A model generated the notes under the pieces. The model made no database searches, was not told the DNA's origin, and saw only the letters and a list, made by a program, of their open reading frames with translations. From a virus: a stretch of DNA of 27,357 nucleotides. The stretch lies in UHGV virus genome UHGV-0082481, one strand, 5' to 3'. This document shows positions 18,190-27,357 of the stretch, piece by piece (the first letter of the stretch is position 1; each line of letters starts with the position of its first letter). The position numbers and the translations under genes are program-made.

Positions 18190-20604
18190 TTAATACAGCT
18201 CCCGCCACTTATCATCTTCCTGCAAACGCTGGTTCCGATAGAAGATACGCAGGCCTGCTCCTGACGGAATACTGCCGCCGCGAAGGAGTAAATCGACTTC
18301 TTTCTCGCTGCCATCAAATCCTCTGGACTTCAGTTCATAGACGAGCTGCTGTCGCTGATGGTCTGTAATTCGCTGTTTGTAGTCTTTACGCCGTTTCGGT
18401 TTCACCAGGCGTAACCTTGCAGCCAGTTCCCGGCGCTCTTTTTTGCTCATACTGTGCAGGTAATCGTGCAACTCCTTGTCATCCATGCGGGTGATATCCG
18501 TTCTGGTATCTCCATCAGCTGATTTGTCTTTCCCTTGTTGGTACAAATTTTCAGCAAGGGGACAGTTATTGCCACGAGTCCAAGGGGCGCAAGCGCCCTG
18601 GTCGGCTGCCGCCTCCTGAACGTCAACGGCCTTACGAACCATTTTCCACTTCACGGCATGAGTGCAGATTTTGCCCTCTGCAATGGGTGACCAGATGCCA
18701 TAAATACGAATGCCGTGATCGCCATAGGCGGTCGGCTCTTCGTTGATTTCATAAGCGGTTCTGATGAGGTGATATTTACGGGGAACCAGTACGCCGCCCT
18801 GCTTCATGATGTAGGTGGCAAAACAACCAGCATCAGCTGCAGCCAGAATGGCATCAAGGCGCGGGTTATCCAGTACCGGCGCACCTGCTTTTTTGTCACC
18901 CTGTTGCCTTGCCGCCTGACCAGCCAGCAATCGCAGTTCACGGTAAGCCTGACGCCCCGGAATGCCAAAGAAGCGGAATTGCTGAACACGATGCAGAGAC
19001 GCCCAGGCATTAACGTATTCAGCGTTATCACGCAGAGATTTACCCGTTTCCTTGCTGATCTCGCCAGCCAGACCACGCCCGTCAATGTTCTTACTGATGT
19101 ATTTCGCGATGTAGCTAGTCGGCGTTCCTTTGCGCGGGTTTATCAGCTCAGACTTAAAGCGTGGCCCCGTGTTATTACCCAGCTCCTCGCGGTCTTCACG
19201 GATAGCAAACTTACGCAACAATGCAGTAATGGCGCGGCGGTCTTTTTTGCGCATGAAACACAACAGGTGCCAGTGAACTGTGCCGTCATGATGCGGCTCA
19301 GCCACCCGCACGCCATACCAGCGCAACCCGGCTTTGTGCATCGCCTTACGAAATGCAGCAAACATGCCGACCAGATAATCGCTGCTTTGTCTTACCGTCG
19401 CGTTTGTCCAGGTCGGGTTTGGTCTGCCGTTATTTAGCGTGGAATGGAAACGCGACGGACAGGTGATAGTGTAGAAAACGGCGCAGTCACCGCGCATTTC
19501 CGCGATAAGCTCCAGACCTTTAACACAGGCCATCATCTCATTGCGGCGATGCGCAGGGTTGCTGCTGCTGGCGTTTACCACATCCTCCATGTCCAGCGTG
19601 TCGCCGTCTTCGTTCACCAGTTCATGAGAACGGAAAAACTCCAGCGACTTACGGCGCTGCTCACGTTTATGCATCACGGCTTCATAGCTGACATAAGGAG
19701 ATGCTTTTTTGCTGACCAGGCAAACAGCGCGCAACTGCTCTTCCCGCCATTCGCAACGCATCTTCCATAATTTCCGATACCACCAGTCGGCGCACAACAT
19801 ACGCGCCAGCGAACCCGGAATGAGTTCATAGGGCACGGGTTTACGGCGGTTTCTTTTCCGACGGAGTTGCTCAAACGCAGGTGGGATGACATCCAGACGC
19901 AGGGTTTCCGCTGCCACCTTTTCCCATGTCTTGCGGATTTCTTCTGGCTTAACGTCATCGGTGGCATACAAATCACCACAAGCTGCATCAAGGCACATAC
20001 TCATATGCGCAGCTACCAGGGTGGATAGGCGTTTCACCTGATCCTGACTCATTTCAGGCAGGATCAGCAGACCGTCCAGCCCTTCATGGCTTGCCATAAA
20101 GCGAAAAGAAGTGGATAGCTGACTGTCGCGTACATGCTCCAGTCGTTCCAGACATGGCTTAATCGTCTCACGCAAATAGCGGGAATAAGCCTTTGGCCTG
20201 CCCAGGCTGCTGAAGTATTCAATACGTTGCATCAGCGGCTTGCTGATATGGGAAGGCTGGGCGTTGACGTCCGCCAGAATGACCATATCCGGATTAAAAC
20301 GCTGCTGCTCATGCGCCAGCTTTGCCCGACTAATGAGCTTATCCTGTTCCATTTCGCGCTGGACAGGATCACGGGATTCATTAAAGAAATAACGCTCCCA
20401 GACCTGATCACTCAGCGCCTCACGGCGCAGCTGTTCCTGCTCGTTATCGGCAGCGTACAGAGTGATCAGGTTTGAAAGCGCAGAAACCGGCGCAACTTCC
20501 GCCGGGTCCAGATAAGGGTTAATGGCCTTTTTCGGGCTGTTCCATGAGAATGCTGCGGCGACCTCGTTAAAGCCGCTGCAGTTGTTCATATCAGCATGGC
20601 TCAT
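18190..20604 (-). CDS. A: Replication initiation protein (P2 gpA-like rolling-circle endonuclease)
   Basis: 804-aa ORF, size and position as for gpA, last large gene of the early operon. Confidence 0.85.
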   Translation of the reverse strand: MSHADMNNCSGFNEVAAAFSWNSPKKAINPYLDPAEVAPVSALSNLITLYAADNEQEQLRREALSDQVWERYFFNESRDPVQREMEQDKLISRAKLAHEQQRFNPDMVILADVNAQPSHISKPLMQRIEYFSSLGRPKAYSRYLRETIKPCLERLEHVRDSQLSTSFRFMASHEGLDGLLILPEMSQDQVKRLSTLVAAHMSMCLDAACGDLYATDDVKPEEIRKTWEKVAAETLRLDVIPPAFEQLRRKRNRRKPVPYELIPGSLARMLCADWWYRKLWKMRCEWREEQLRAVCLVSKKASPYVSYEAVMHKREQRRKSLEFFRSHELVNEDGDTLDMEDVVNASSSNPAHRRNEMMACVKGLELIAEMRGDCAVFYTITCPSRFHSTLNNGRPNPTWTNATVRQSSDYLVGMFAAFRKAMHKAGLRWYGVRVAEPHHDGTVHWHLLCFMRKKDRRAITALLRKFAIREDREELGNNTGPRFKSELINPRKGTPTSYIAKYISKNIDGRGLAGEISKETGKSLRDNAEYVNAWASLHRVQQFRFFGIPGRQAYRELRLLAGQAARQQGDKKAGAPVLDNPRLDAILAAADAGCFATYIMKQGGVLVPRKYHLIRTAYEINEEPTAYGDHGIRIYGIWSPIAEGKICTHAVKWKMVRKAVDVQEAAADQGACAPWTRGNNCPLAENLYQQGKDKSADGDTRTDITRMDDKELHDYLHSMSKKERRELAARLRLVKPKRRKDYKQRITDHQRQQLVYELKSRGFDGSEKEVDLLLRGGSIPSGAGLRIFYRNQRLQEDDKWRELY

Positions 20605-21458
20605 GCACGCACTCCGTACACGGCAGAACTATCCACGCCACGCGAAGGATCAAATCCCACCCAGCAGCGCGGCCCGGAAACAGCGATGATTTCTGTTGCA
20701 GATTTACTCTCACCAGCTGCCACACCGATGCTGCGTTTTGCCTTGATGTAGTGGTGAGTAAAATTGCGATATAGCGAACGGATCAGGGATGTGTCACTGT
20801 TAGAAACAATGACCGGATGTCCTTCTGATGACCGATGTTCAAGAACGGATGCCAGGTGATACTGGTCATCTTCAGTGAAACCATCAGTGTGATAGCCGGA
20901 AAACGTACCGTCATACGGCGGATCGCAATACACCACATCCCCCACCTGCAGCATCGCCAGCGTTTCATCAAAGCTTGCGCAGATAAACGTTGCCCGCTGG
21001 GCTTTCTCTGCAAATGCGCGAATTTCTTTTTCAGGGAAATACGGATTTTTATAATTACCGTACGGAATGTTGAAATGCCCGCTCTTGTTATAGCGACATA
21101 AACCACGGTAACCGTGACGATTGAGATACAGGAAATATACCGCTTTCATGAAATCAGTAATTTCAGTTGAGTAATTAAATTCCTGCCTTATGTTGTAATA
21201 AGCCACCTCCCTGTTTGCTTCCTTAAATAAAACTCTGGCGCGAGATATAAACGATTCACAATCAGCGGCAACCTTTTTATAGAGGTTGATTAAATCAGGA
21301 TTAATATCCGCAACCAGATAGCTTGGATAATCCGTCGCCATCATCACAGCACAGGAACCCGCGAAAGGTTCAACCAGTCGCGGGCCAGCAGGAAGGTGTT
21401 TTTTCAGTTCGGACATAATTGCGGTTTTATTTCCCGCCCATTTCAGGATGGTGCTCAT
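20601..21458 (-). CDS. dam: DNA adenine methyltransferase (Dam-like)
   Basis: ORF 20601-21518; probable start [11 protein letters not shown] (21458); Dam-type N-terminal motif (LKWAGNK, PFAGS) and catalytic DPPY ([10 protein letters not shown]); ATGA overlap with A. Confidence 0.85.
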   Translation of the reverse strand: MSTILKWAGNKTAIMSELKKHLPAGPRLVEPFAGSCAVMMATDYPSYLVADINPDLINLYKKVAADCESFISRARVLFKEANREVAYYNIRQEFNYSTEITDFMKAVYFLYLNRHGYRGLCRYNKSGHFNIPYGNYKNPYFPEKEIRAFAEKAQRATFICASFDETLAMLQVGDVVYCDPPYDGTFSGYHTDGFTEDDQYHLASVLEHRSSEGHPVIVSNSDTSLIRSLYRNFTHHYIKAKRSIGVAAGESKSATEIIAVSGPRCWVGFDPSRGVDSSAVYGVRA

Positions 21459-21682
21459 ACAGCACCTCCGTTGTAATGTTTGCCTTTCAGCTCTGCGATT
21501 TCCTGACAGGTAATGCAAAGCTGCACACCTGGAATGGCGCGGCGGCGTGCTGGCGGAATTGGCGCTTCACACTCAATGCAAAGCACGCGGGACACGCCCG
21601 GCGTTTTGGCACGGGCAGCACGGATATGGCGCTGGCGTTCTTCTTCAACGCGCTGCTGTACGAGATCCATTGCATCAGCCAT
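21455..21682 (-). CDS. TraR/DksA-type C4 zinc-finger protein (P2 orf82-like)
   Basis: 75-aa ORF with CIECEAPIP...CITCQ (CxxC-N17-CxxC); ATGA overlap with the dam start. Confidence 0.7.
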   Translation of the reverse strand: MADAMDLVQQRVEEERQRHIRAARAKTPGVSRVLCIECEAPIPPARRRAIPGVQLCITCQEIAELKGKHYNGGAV

Positions 21683-21921
21683 TAGTGGATCTCCTGCGCT
21701 TCGTTCTGGATTGCTTCAGCAGTTACACGCAGTAGTTCTGCTGCTTCGACGTGGTTTAGCTGGCGGGATGTGATATGACACGCCAGGCTATCAAGGCGAG
21801 CTGCCATTGCTTCAGCCCTTGCCCGGCGTTCTTCCAGACGAGCCTCTGTCAGTAAAATATTAAGCCCTGCATCATCCGGTCCGGTTTTAGTCGTGAGGGT
21901 TTCAATATTACGCATAATCAA
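21682..21921 (-). CDS. Hypothetical early protein
   Basis: 79-aa ORF in the early operon, co-oriented and tightly packed with neighbours; no recognisable motif. Confidence 0.45.
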   Translation of the reverse strand: MIMRNIETLTTKTGPDDAGLNILLTEARLEERRARAEAMAARLDSLACHITSRQLNHVEAAELLRVTAEAIQNEAQEIH

Positions 21922-21982
21922 TTCTCCTGAATTTAGATAAAGGGATACCCGGCGGGTTTACGCCATTAATTTCATTAGTTGG

Positions 21983-22324
21983 TTAATTCGGCATGGTTAG
22001 CCGTCTGGGAAATAAGCTCACCACTGCACGAAAATGATTCATTGCTTTAATCAACTCCCGCTTTTCGTCAGTGGTCAGCTCATTAATGCTGATGCTATGA
22101 CGTTCAGCTGGAATTTTTGCCATAAAGAATATAGCAGCCAGTGCCCGTTTATTTTGTTCGTTATTGATATCCCGTGGATCACGCATATCTTTAATAAACC
22201 GCTCAAGCTCTGACTCAATATTCAGGCCAAAAACTTTCGCCCTTAGCTCCGCAATGTGATTAAGTCCATTCAGGCGTTCACCGGGGCTTAATGGAACAGT
22301 CGCCGCAGCGCCATTAATTGCCAT
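21983..22324 (-). CDS. Hypothetical early protein
   Basis: 113-aa ORF in the early operon; no recognisable motif. Confidence 0.5.
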   Translation of the reverse strand: MAINGAAATVPLSPGERLNGLNHIAELRAKVFGLNIESELERFIKDMRDPRDINNEQNKRALAAIFFMAKIPAERHSISINELTTDEKRELIKAMNHFRAVVSLFPRRLTMPN

Positions 22325-22346
22325 AATTCATATCCCCAAAACGCAA

Positions 22347-22571
22347 CTATCGTTGTTTGTTATTACGGTAACGTTCAAGAGGAGATACATTTTTTCGTAT
22401 CGTCTCTTTAACCTGCTCTCCCCGTAAAAACGTCCCATCTTTTAGCGTGAAAAAGTAACTGCCATCGCCCGACAACGACGGATAACAACAGAGCAAATCA
22501 TCTTCAGGTACTGAATAACTCTCCCCTCTGTAACGAAACTGATAAACCACTTCACTTTCCGCTGCATACAT
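22347..22571 (-). CDS. Hypothetical early protein
   Basis: 74-aa ORF with GGAGAAAG RBS about 7 nt upstream of the ATG; overlaps the longer ORF 22442-22768 in another frame. Confidence 0.45.
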   Translation of the reverse strand: MYAAESEVVYQFRYRGESYSVPEDDLLCCYPSLSGDGSYFFTLKDGTFLRGEQVKETIRKNVSPLERYRNNKQR

Positions 22572-22745
22572 TTTGACTTTCTCCGTTTCCTCGTGGTCAA
22601 TTCAGACAGCAATTCATCTTGTGAATGACATGGATGCCAGCGTTTTCCATCCTCACCCATGATCCAGCCGTGACCGTAGTGCATTGCCGGGCTTTGCTTT
22701 ACCAGCAGCGATGCAAATGATGGTTCTTTCGTCAGCATAAGTACC

Positions 22746-23255
22746 TCACAGCAAACCGAATGAAGCACCGAGGCCAGTCACGGTATCAACTGCACTCGCC
22801 ATCGCAGGGTTAGCCTGTAAACGGGCCTGCAATGAAACAGCAGCCAACGCCATCAGTCGTGTTACAGAGTTAATGCTGCTGATGGCATCACGACGACCTG
22901 CACTGGTTTTTACATCGCCAGATACCGCACCTGCAGCAACACGCCCGATCTCTGCGGTTGCACTCATGACGTAATGTGGCAGTTTCTCTTTTGCCACCTC
23001 ATTAATCGGTACACATGGCAGACAATGAATCTGTGCCAGAAAACCGTCTACCAGCGTTGAATCTTCAGTCAGATCGGTAAGCAGCCAGATTTCTGGTGCG
23101 GTTAATAAATGAGGTTGAGCTGGGTTCAGTTTGTTCCGCAGAATCTGCACATTCATGCCTGCACGTTCTGCCAGTTGCACCAGGTTGTGGCGCAGTGCGA
23201 ATGCACGACAGGCTTCATCAAAATGTGGATGTTTGGAAACTTGGTAATCAAACAT
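22746..23255 (-). CDS. cII: CII-like transcriptional activator (phage 186 CII family)
   Basis: ORF 22746-23309; start at internal Met (23255) with GGAG RBS gives 169 aa, [24 protein letters not shown]..., matching my recollection of 186 CII in length and N-terminus; sits after the Apl-like gene as in 186. Confidence 0.65.
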   Translation of the reverse strand: MFDYQVSKHPHFDEACRAFALRHNLVQLAERAGMNVQILRNKLNPAQPHLLTAPEIWLLTDLTEDSTLVDGFLAQIHCLPCVPINEVAKEKLPHYVMSATAEIGRVAAGAVSGDVKTSAGRRDAISSINSVTRLMALAAVSLQARLQANPAMASAVDTVTGLGASFGLL

Positions 23256-23287
23256 AGTCGACACTCCTGATGCACCCCAAAATGGAA

Positions 23288-23509
23288 CTAGTTGAATACA
23301 ACATTGCAATCAGTAAGTGCATCAACGGTAAGAGCAGCAAGGTTGATCATTACCTTTTCTCTTTTCTTGTCTTTCCGAAGGCGATGGCGAGGGATGCGAC
23401 CATCAGCCAGCATATCGTTGATGGTGTCGATAGAAAGACCAGTAAGTTCGCTATAACGCTCAATTGTGACGTGTGGCGTATTCAGAGTTATTGAAATGTT
23501 AGGGGTCAT
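23288..23509 (-). CDS. apl: Apl/Cox-like excisionase and lytic-switch regulator
   Basis: ORF 23288-23590; start at internal Met (23509, [10 protein letters not shown]...) with AAGGAG RBS gives a 73-aa HTH-like protein, first gene of the rightward early operon, divergent from the repressor. Confidence 0.6.
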   Translation of the reverse strand: MTPNISITLNTPHVTIERYSELTGLSIDTINDMLADGRIPRHRLRKDKKREKVMINLAALTVDALTDCNVVFN

Positions 23510-23552
23510 GATGCAACATCTCCTTTTAGCTTGTGGTGAGCTGGTTTTAATC

Positions 23553-23568
23553 GTGATAACAACATCAC
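23553..23568. promoter_or_regulatory. Inverted repeat in the cI/apl switch region (candidate operator)
   Basis: GTGATaacaacATCAC lies in the 88-bp interval between the divergent apl and cI starts. Confidence 0.3.
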
Positions 23569-23597
23569 AAAACGGAGAATAGGTTCGCATAAAGAAT

Positions 23598-24542
23598 ATG
23601 TCAACTCAAAAATTCACATTTCGCCATATGGATGACGATATGAAAGCCGTTGTCATACAAAATCGTGGTGGTCAGAAAGTAATCGAACGGATACTCATGG
23701 CTTATGGCTTCAAGTCACGCCAAGCATTCTGTAACCATCTAGGTATTTCCCAAAGCACGATGGCTAACAGATATGCCCGCGATACATTTCCTGCAGATTG
23801 GATTGTTATCTGCTCACTGGAAACAGGAGCATCAATTAAATGGCTAGCATTTGGTTCAGATGATGACGAACAAATGCCATCCCCTTCACCAGAACAGCAT
23901 GTTGAAACACACTCCGAAGATGGTTCTTATCATGATGTTCACTATAAACAACCAAAGTTCGACAATGAAAACATCATTGATTATTCTCGGGGTGGCAAGG
24001 AAGCAATAGAGCGAATTGTTAGGGCTTACGGTTATAAGACTCGCCAAGCCTTAGCTGATCACTTAGGTATTTCAAAAAGCACATTAGCCACAAGATATAT
24101 GCGTGATGTTTTTCCTTCAGACTGGATAATTAAGTGCGCTCTCGAAACGGGTACTTCACTAATGTGGCTAACTACTGGTAAAGGCCCAAAGTTTGACGAT
24201 GCAAGAAATGATGTAATTGCTATTACTCACAAAAAAATTACTGACGGGAATCTATTTGATTCAAATTTCTATATGCTTGATAAAGCGTTACTACCAGACT
24301 CAATCCAATTACCATTGATTGTTAGCACCGAAAAAAAAACCTACCTATGTAATCAATCATTCGATGAAATTACAGATGGTAAATGGATTGTTAAAATAGA
24401 AGGGAAAGTGAGCATTCGAACCCTAACTAGAATACCTGTAGGAAGATTAAAAATTTCAGACAATGATTTATCATTTGAATGTAAAATTTCAGATATTGAT
24501 GTTATTGCAAAATGCAAATTTATTCTGATAGAAGAATTATAA
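23598..24542 (+). CDS. cI: Immunity repressor, 186 CI-type, with tandemly duplicated N-terminal DNA-binding domain
   Basis: 314-aa ORF divergent from apl/cII; two copies of a CI-type HTH module (IERILMAYGFKSRQAFCNHLGISQSTMANRYARDTFPADWIVICSLETGASIKWL and IERIVRAYGYKTRQALADHLGISKSTLATRYMRDVFPSDWIIKCALETGTSLMWL) plus a ~120-aa C-terminal domain; AT-rich. Confidence 0.75.
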   Translation: MSTQKFTFRHMDDDMKAVVIQNRGGQKVIERILMAYGFKSRQAFCNHLGISQSTMANRYARDTFPADWIVICSLETGASIKWLAFGSDDDEQMPSPSPEQHVETHSEDGSYHDVHYKQPKFDNENIIDYSRGGKEAIERIVRAYGYKTRQALADHLGISKSTLATRYMRDVFPSDWIIKCALETGTSLMWLTTGKGPKFDDARNDVIAITHKKITDGNLFDSNFYMLDKALLPDSIQLPLIVSTEKKTYLCNQSFDEITDGKWIVKIEGKVSIRTLTRIPVGRLKISDNDLSFECKISDIDVIAKCKFILIEEL

Positions 24543-24554
24543 AAGGATATTGGA

Positions 24555-25532
24555 ATGAGTGGTTCTGATTATAAAAGTAATAGTGAAAAATACACGTCTA
24601 GAAGTATTAAATTAGGAGAATTAAAATCACATTTAACTAATGACACCTATAATACTTTGAAAACCCTATTGGATTCTCTAGCGTTTGATGAATTCGATAT
24701 GCTATTTGATGCTTACAGTCGAAATTTTTCTAAAAAAGAATATAAGTATGCCCCCTTCATGTCCGACCATACATCATTGCAAAACAGTGAAGTAGATAAG
24801 TACCTTTTAAAAATTGAGGAATTAGAACATAAACTACGTGAGTTTCAAAAAAGCCATAACGCTCATTCAGAGCAAATGGAAAAGTTGAAAATGGAATTAT
24901 CAAATGAAATAGAAAGTAAAGAAAAAATAGTATCACAGCTAAAAGACCAACACATCAAAAACAAAGAACTACAGTTTAAAAACCAAGAACTTTCAAGCAA
25001 AATTCAACAAAAGAAAATTGACGAAAAGGTTCCTGAATATGTGCAAGGCGTCAAAGCAAAACTACAGCAGGACGATAAAGACTTCACTACAATGTCTTAC
25101 AATTGGGCGATAGCCGGAATACTATTTTCATTATTATCTATAAGCGCCGCCTTTTTAACATTTTTTTATAAAATCGATATAAAAGATACTACCACCATTG
25201 AACTTTTTTATTATTTCACTCGGGGCTTACTTGGGGTTGCATTACTTTCTTGGCTTTCTTATTTTTGTTTAAACAATTCAAAAAAATACACACATGAAGC
25301 AATCATAAGAAAAGACAGACAACATGCTCTAATGTTTGGTGAGGTCTTCTTACAAATTTATGGTTCAACTGCAACAAAACAAGATGCTATTGATGTGTTT
25401 AAAGATTGGAATATGTCAGCTAATTCTGCATTCGCAGATAAAACGCAGCCACCTCCAAATTTATTTAACATTTTAGGCTCACTTGTAGATAAAAAATCAG
25501 CCGCAAATGATGACATCATTACCAAAAAGTGA
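24555..25532 (+). CDS. Membrane protein of unknown function, co-oriented with repressor and integrase (candidate lysogenic-conversion/exclusion gene)
   Basis: 325-aa ORF 13 nt after the cI stop with AAGGA RBS; strongly AT-rich; charged helical region (residues ~80-170), two hydrophobic segments (WAIAGILFSLLSISAAFLTFFY and GLLGVALLSWLSYFCL), then a ~90-aa C-terminal domain. Confidence 0.65.
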   Translation: MSGSDYKSNSEKYTSRSIKLGELKSHLTNDTYNTLKTLLDSLAFDEFDMLFDAYSRNFSKKEYKYAPFMSDHTSLQNSEVDKYLLKIEELEHKLREFQKSHNAHSEQMEKLKMELSNEIESKEKIVSQLKDQHIKNKELQFKNQELSSKIQQKKIDEKVPEYVQGVKAKLQQDDKDFTTMSYNWAIAGILFSLLSISAAFLTFFYKIDIKDTTTIELFYYFTRGLLGVALLSWLSYFCLNNSKKYTHEAIIRKDRQHALMFGEVFLQIYGSTATKQDAIDVFKDWNMSANSAFADKTQPPPNLFNILGSLVDKKSAANDDIITKK

Positions 25533-25613
25533 TGATGTATGACAACATGTATCTAATACATTGACACTGGTTATACATACAGTAAAAATGCTCTCCACTG
25601 GAGGGCATTTTTT

Positions 25614-26666
25614 ATGGCAGTACGAAAACTCACCACAGGAAAATGGCTTTGCGAATGTTACCCCGCCGGACGTAGTGGGCGTCGTGTGCGTAAACAATTC
25701 GCCACCAAAGGCGAAGCACTGGCTTTTGAGCGTCACACGATGGAAGAAACCGAAGCAAAGCCCTGGCTGGGTGAATCAGTGGATCGTCGAACACTGAAAG
25801 ACGTGGTTGAGCTATGGTTCAAACTACATGGTAAATCTCTGACAGCTGGGCAGCATGTCTATGACAAATTGCTGTTGATAGTTGACGCTCTGGGCAATCC
25901 CCTTGCAACCGATCTCACATCTAAAATGTTTGCCCACTATCGAGATAAACGCCTGACAGGTGAGATCTATTTCAGCGAGAAATGGAAAAAAGGAGCAAGC
26001 CCGGTCACTATTAACCTGGAGCAAAGCTATCTAAGTAGTGTTTTTAGCGAACTATCCCGCCTGGGCGAATGGTCGCATCCGAACCCACTGGAGAACATGC
26101 GAAAATTCACTATCGCAGAAAAAGAGATGGCATGGCTTACCCATGAGCAGATTGTTGAATTGCTGGCTGATTGCAAACGTCAGGACCCAATTCTGGCACT
26201 GGTAGTTAAGATATGCTTAAGCACAGGCGCACGCTGGCGTGAAGCCGTAAATCTTACCCGCTCACAGGTGACTAAATACCGAATTACCTTTGTCAGAACG
26301 AAGGGGAAGAAAAACAGAAGCATCCCTATCAGTAAAGAGCTTTACGAAGAGATCATGGCGCTTGATGGGTTCAATTTCTTTACAGACTGCTATTTTCAAT
26401 TTTTATCCGTGATGGAAAAAACGTCTATCGTGCTCCCTCGCGGTCAACTCACACACGTTCTGCGCCATACGTTTGCGGCGCACTTCATGATGTCGGGTGG
26501 AAACATCCTGGCCTTACAAAAAATTCTCGGACATCACGATATAAAAATGACGATGCGTTACGCACATCTGGCACCGGATCATCTGGAAACGGCGCTCCGT
26601 TTCAATCCTCTGGCAACGCTGCCAAGTGGCGACAAAGTGGCGGCAGCGGTTGGCATTACCCCGTAA
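25614..26666 (+). CDS. int: Tyrosine integrase (P2/186 family)
   Basis: 350-aa ORF; N-terminus MAVRKLTTGKWLCECYPAGRSGRRVRKQFATKGEA typical of P2-family integrases; C-terminal catalytic region HVLRHTFAAHFMMSGGNILALQKILGHHDIKMTMRYAHL with the conserved Arg/His/Tyr residues. Confidence 0.9.
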   Translation: MAVRKLTTGKWLCECYPAGRSGRRVRKQFATKGEALAFERHTMEETEAKPWLGESVDRRTLKDVVELWFKLHGKSLTAGQHVYDKLLLIVDALGNPLATDLTSKMFAHYRDKRLTGEIYFSEKWKKGASPVTINLEQSYLSSVFSELSRLGEWSHPNPLENMRKFTIAEKEMAWLTHEQIVELLADCKRQDPILALVVKICLSTGARWREAVNLTRSQVTKYRITFVRTKGKKNRSIPISKELYEEIMALDGFNFFTDCYFQFLSVMEKTSIVLPRGQLTHVLRHTFAAHFMMSGGNILALQKILGHHDIKMTMRYAHLAPDHLETALRFNPLATLPSGDKVAAAVGITP

Positions 26667-26689
26667 TAACCACCACTGACCACCAACCC

Positions 26690-26721
26690 AACTTATTGTT
26701 TTTACTCTAACTTATTGTTTT
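26690..26721. repeat. Direct repeats at the integrase-proximal prophage boundary (candidate integrase arm sites / att region)
   Basis: AACTTATTGTTTT occurs twice (26690-26702 and 26709-26721) in the AT-rich interval between the integrase stop and the convergent TetR-family gene. Confidence 0.4.
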
Positions 26722-26770
26722 CATTAACCCGTTTACATAAATGGGTTTTTTGTTATCTAAAACTTATCTA

Positions 26771-27337
26771 CTACCCTGCAACCCTCTCAACCATCCTCAA
26801 AATCTCCTCGCGCGATAGCGGCTTACGGTCGGTGACAAAATGCAGCGTCATCCCCTCAATAAACGCATCAAGCGCGCGGGCGGTTCCGGGTTCAAACCAT
26901 TGTTCGAGCGTTTGCTGACTGCGCTGCATCCAGTTTTGCATTACCGTTTTTAATAGCGGTTTTCGGCTAGCCAGCGCGTAGAGCTGGTACATCAGCTCCA
27001 TGTTATCCGGCGTTGCAACCTGTGAGCTGTAGATCATATCGGTGATAGCCTGGCATGCGCCCGGAGCATCACTAACATCGCTAAAAAATGCCTGATATTG
27101 CCGGGACATGATCTCAGTAAAACTGCTGAACGCCTCCAGTAACAACTCATCAATTCCTGAAAAATAGTAGGTCATCGATCCCAACGGTACCCCGGCAAGG
27201 GTAGCAATTTTGCGGTGCGTAACAGCATGTATTCCGTAAAGTTTCACCGCCTCCAGCGTGGCCTGGATAATTTTTTCTCGCCGTTGCGGATCGTTAGCGC
27301 GACGCATGTCATTTCCTCTCTCTGCAATTGTGTACAA
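26771..27337 (-). CDS. TetR-family transcriptional regulator (probably host chromosomal flank)
   Basis: 188-aa ORF with N-terminal TetR-type HTH ([40 protein letters not shown]); convergent with the integrase; composition unlike the AT-rich phage accessory genes. Confidence 0.8.
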
Positions 27338-27357
27338 ATGTACACAACCTTGCTAAT

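Noticed and set aside
18715-19437. 240-aa plus-strand ORF
   Set aside because: Antisense within replication gene A.
1-27357. CRISPR arrays, rRNA or tRNA genes
   Set aside because: I saw no regularly spaced short direct repeats and no tRNA-like sequence, including at the AT-rich int-proximal boundary (26667-26770) where a tRNA-embedded att site might have been expected.

Overview
This window is most of a P2/186-family temperate myovirus prophage (reverse orientation relative to the P2 map) with its integrase-proximal end, plus what is probably one host gene at the right edge. Left to right: tail fibre and baseplate genes (G, H, I, J, W, V on the minus strand), an AT-rich KAP-type P-loop NTPase inserted between V and S, then S, R, the lysis cassette (lysC/lysB/lysA/K/Y), X, L, M, N, O on the minus strand, divergent P (terminase) and Q (portal) on the plus strand, an AT-rich accessory region around a candidate cos site (422-aa P-loop ATPase; small secreted protein), a LexA-box-controlled DinI/Tum-like module, replication gene A, a Dam methylase, a TraR-type zinc finger, small early genes, CII-like and Apl/Cox-like genes, a divergent CI-type repressor with a duplicated DNA-binding domain, an AT-rich membrane protein, a tyrosine integrase, an AT-rich boundary with direct repeats, and a TetR-family regulator. 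The layout (CI/Apl/CII switch, LexA-controlled DinI-like module downstream of A) resembles coliphage 186 more than P2. The three best candidates for a previously undescribed accessory or defence function are the KAP NTPase (4575-6443), the 422-aa ATPase (15277-16545) and the membrane protein co-transcribed with the repressor (24555-25532). All homology calls are from reading the ORF translations and recalled family signatures; no database search was run, and compositional statements are qualitative.
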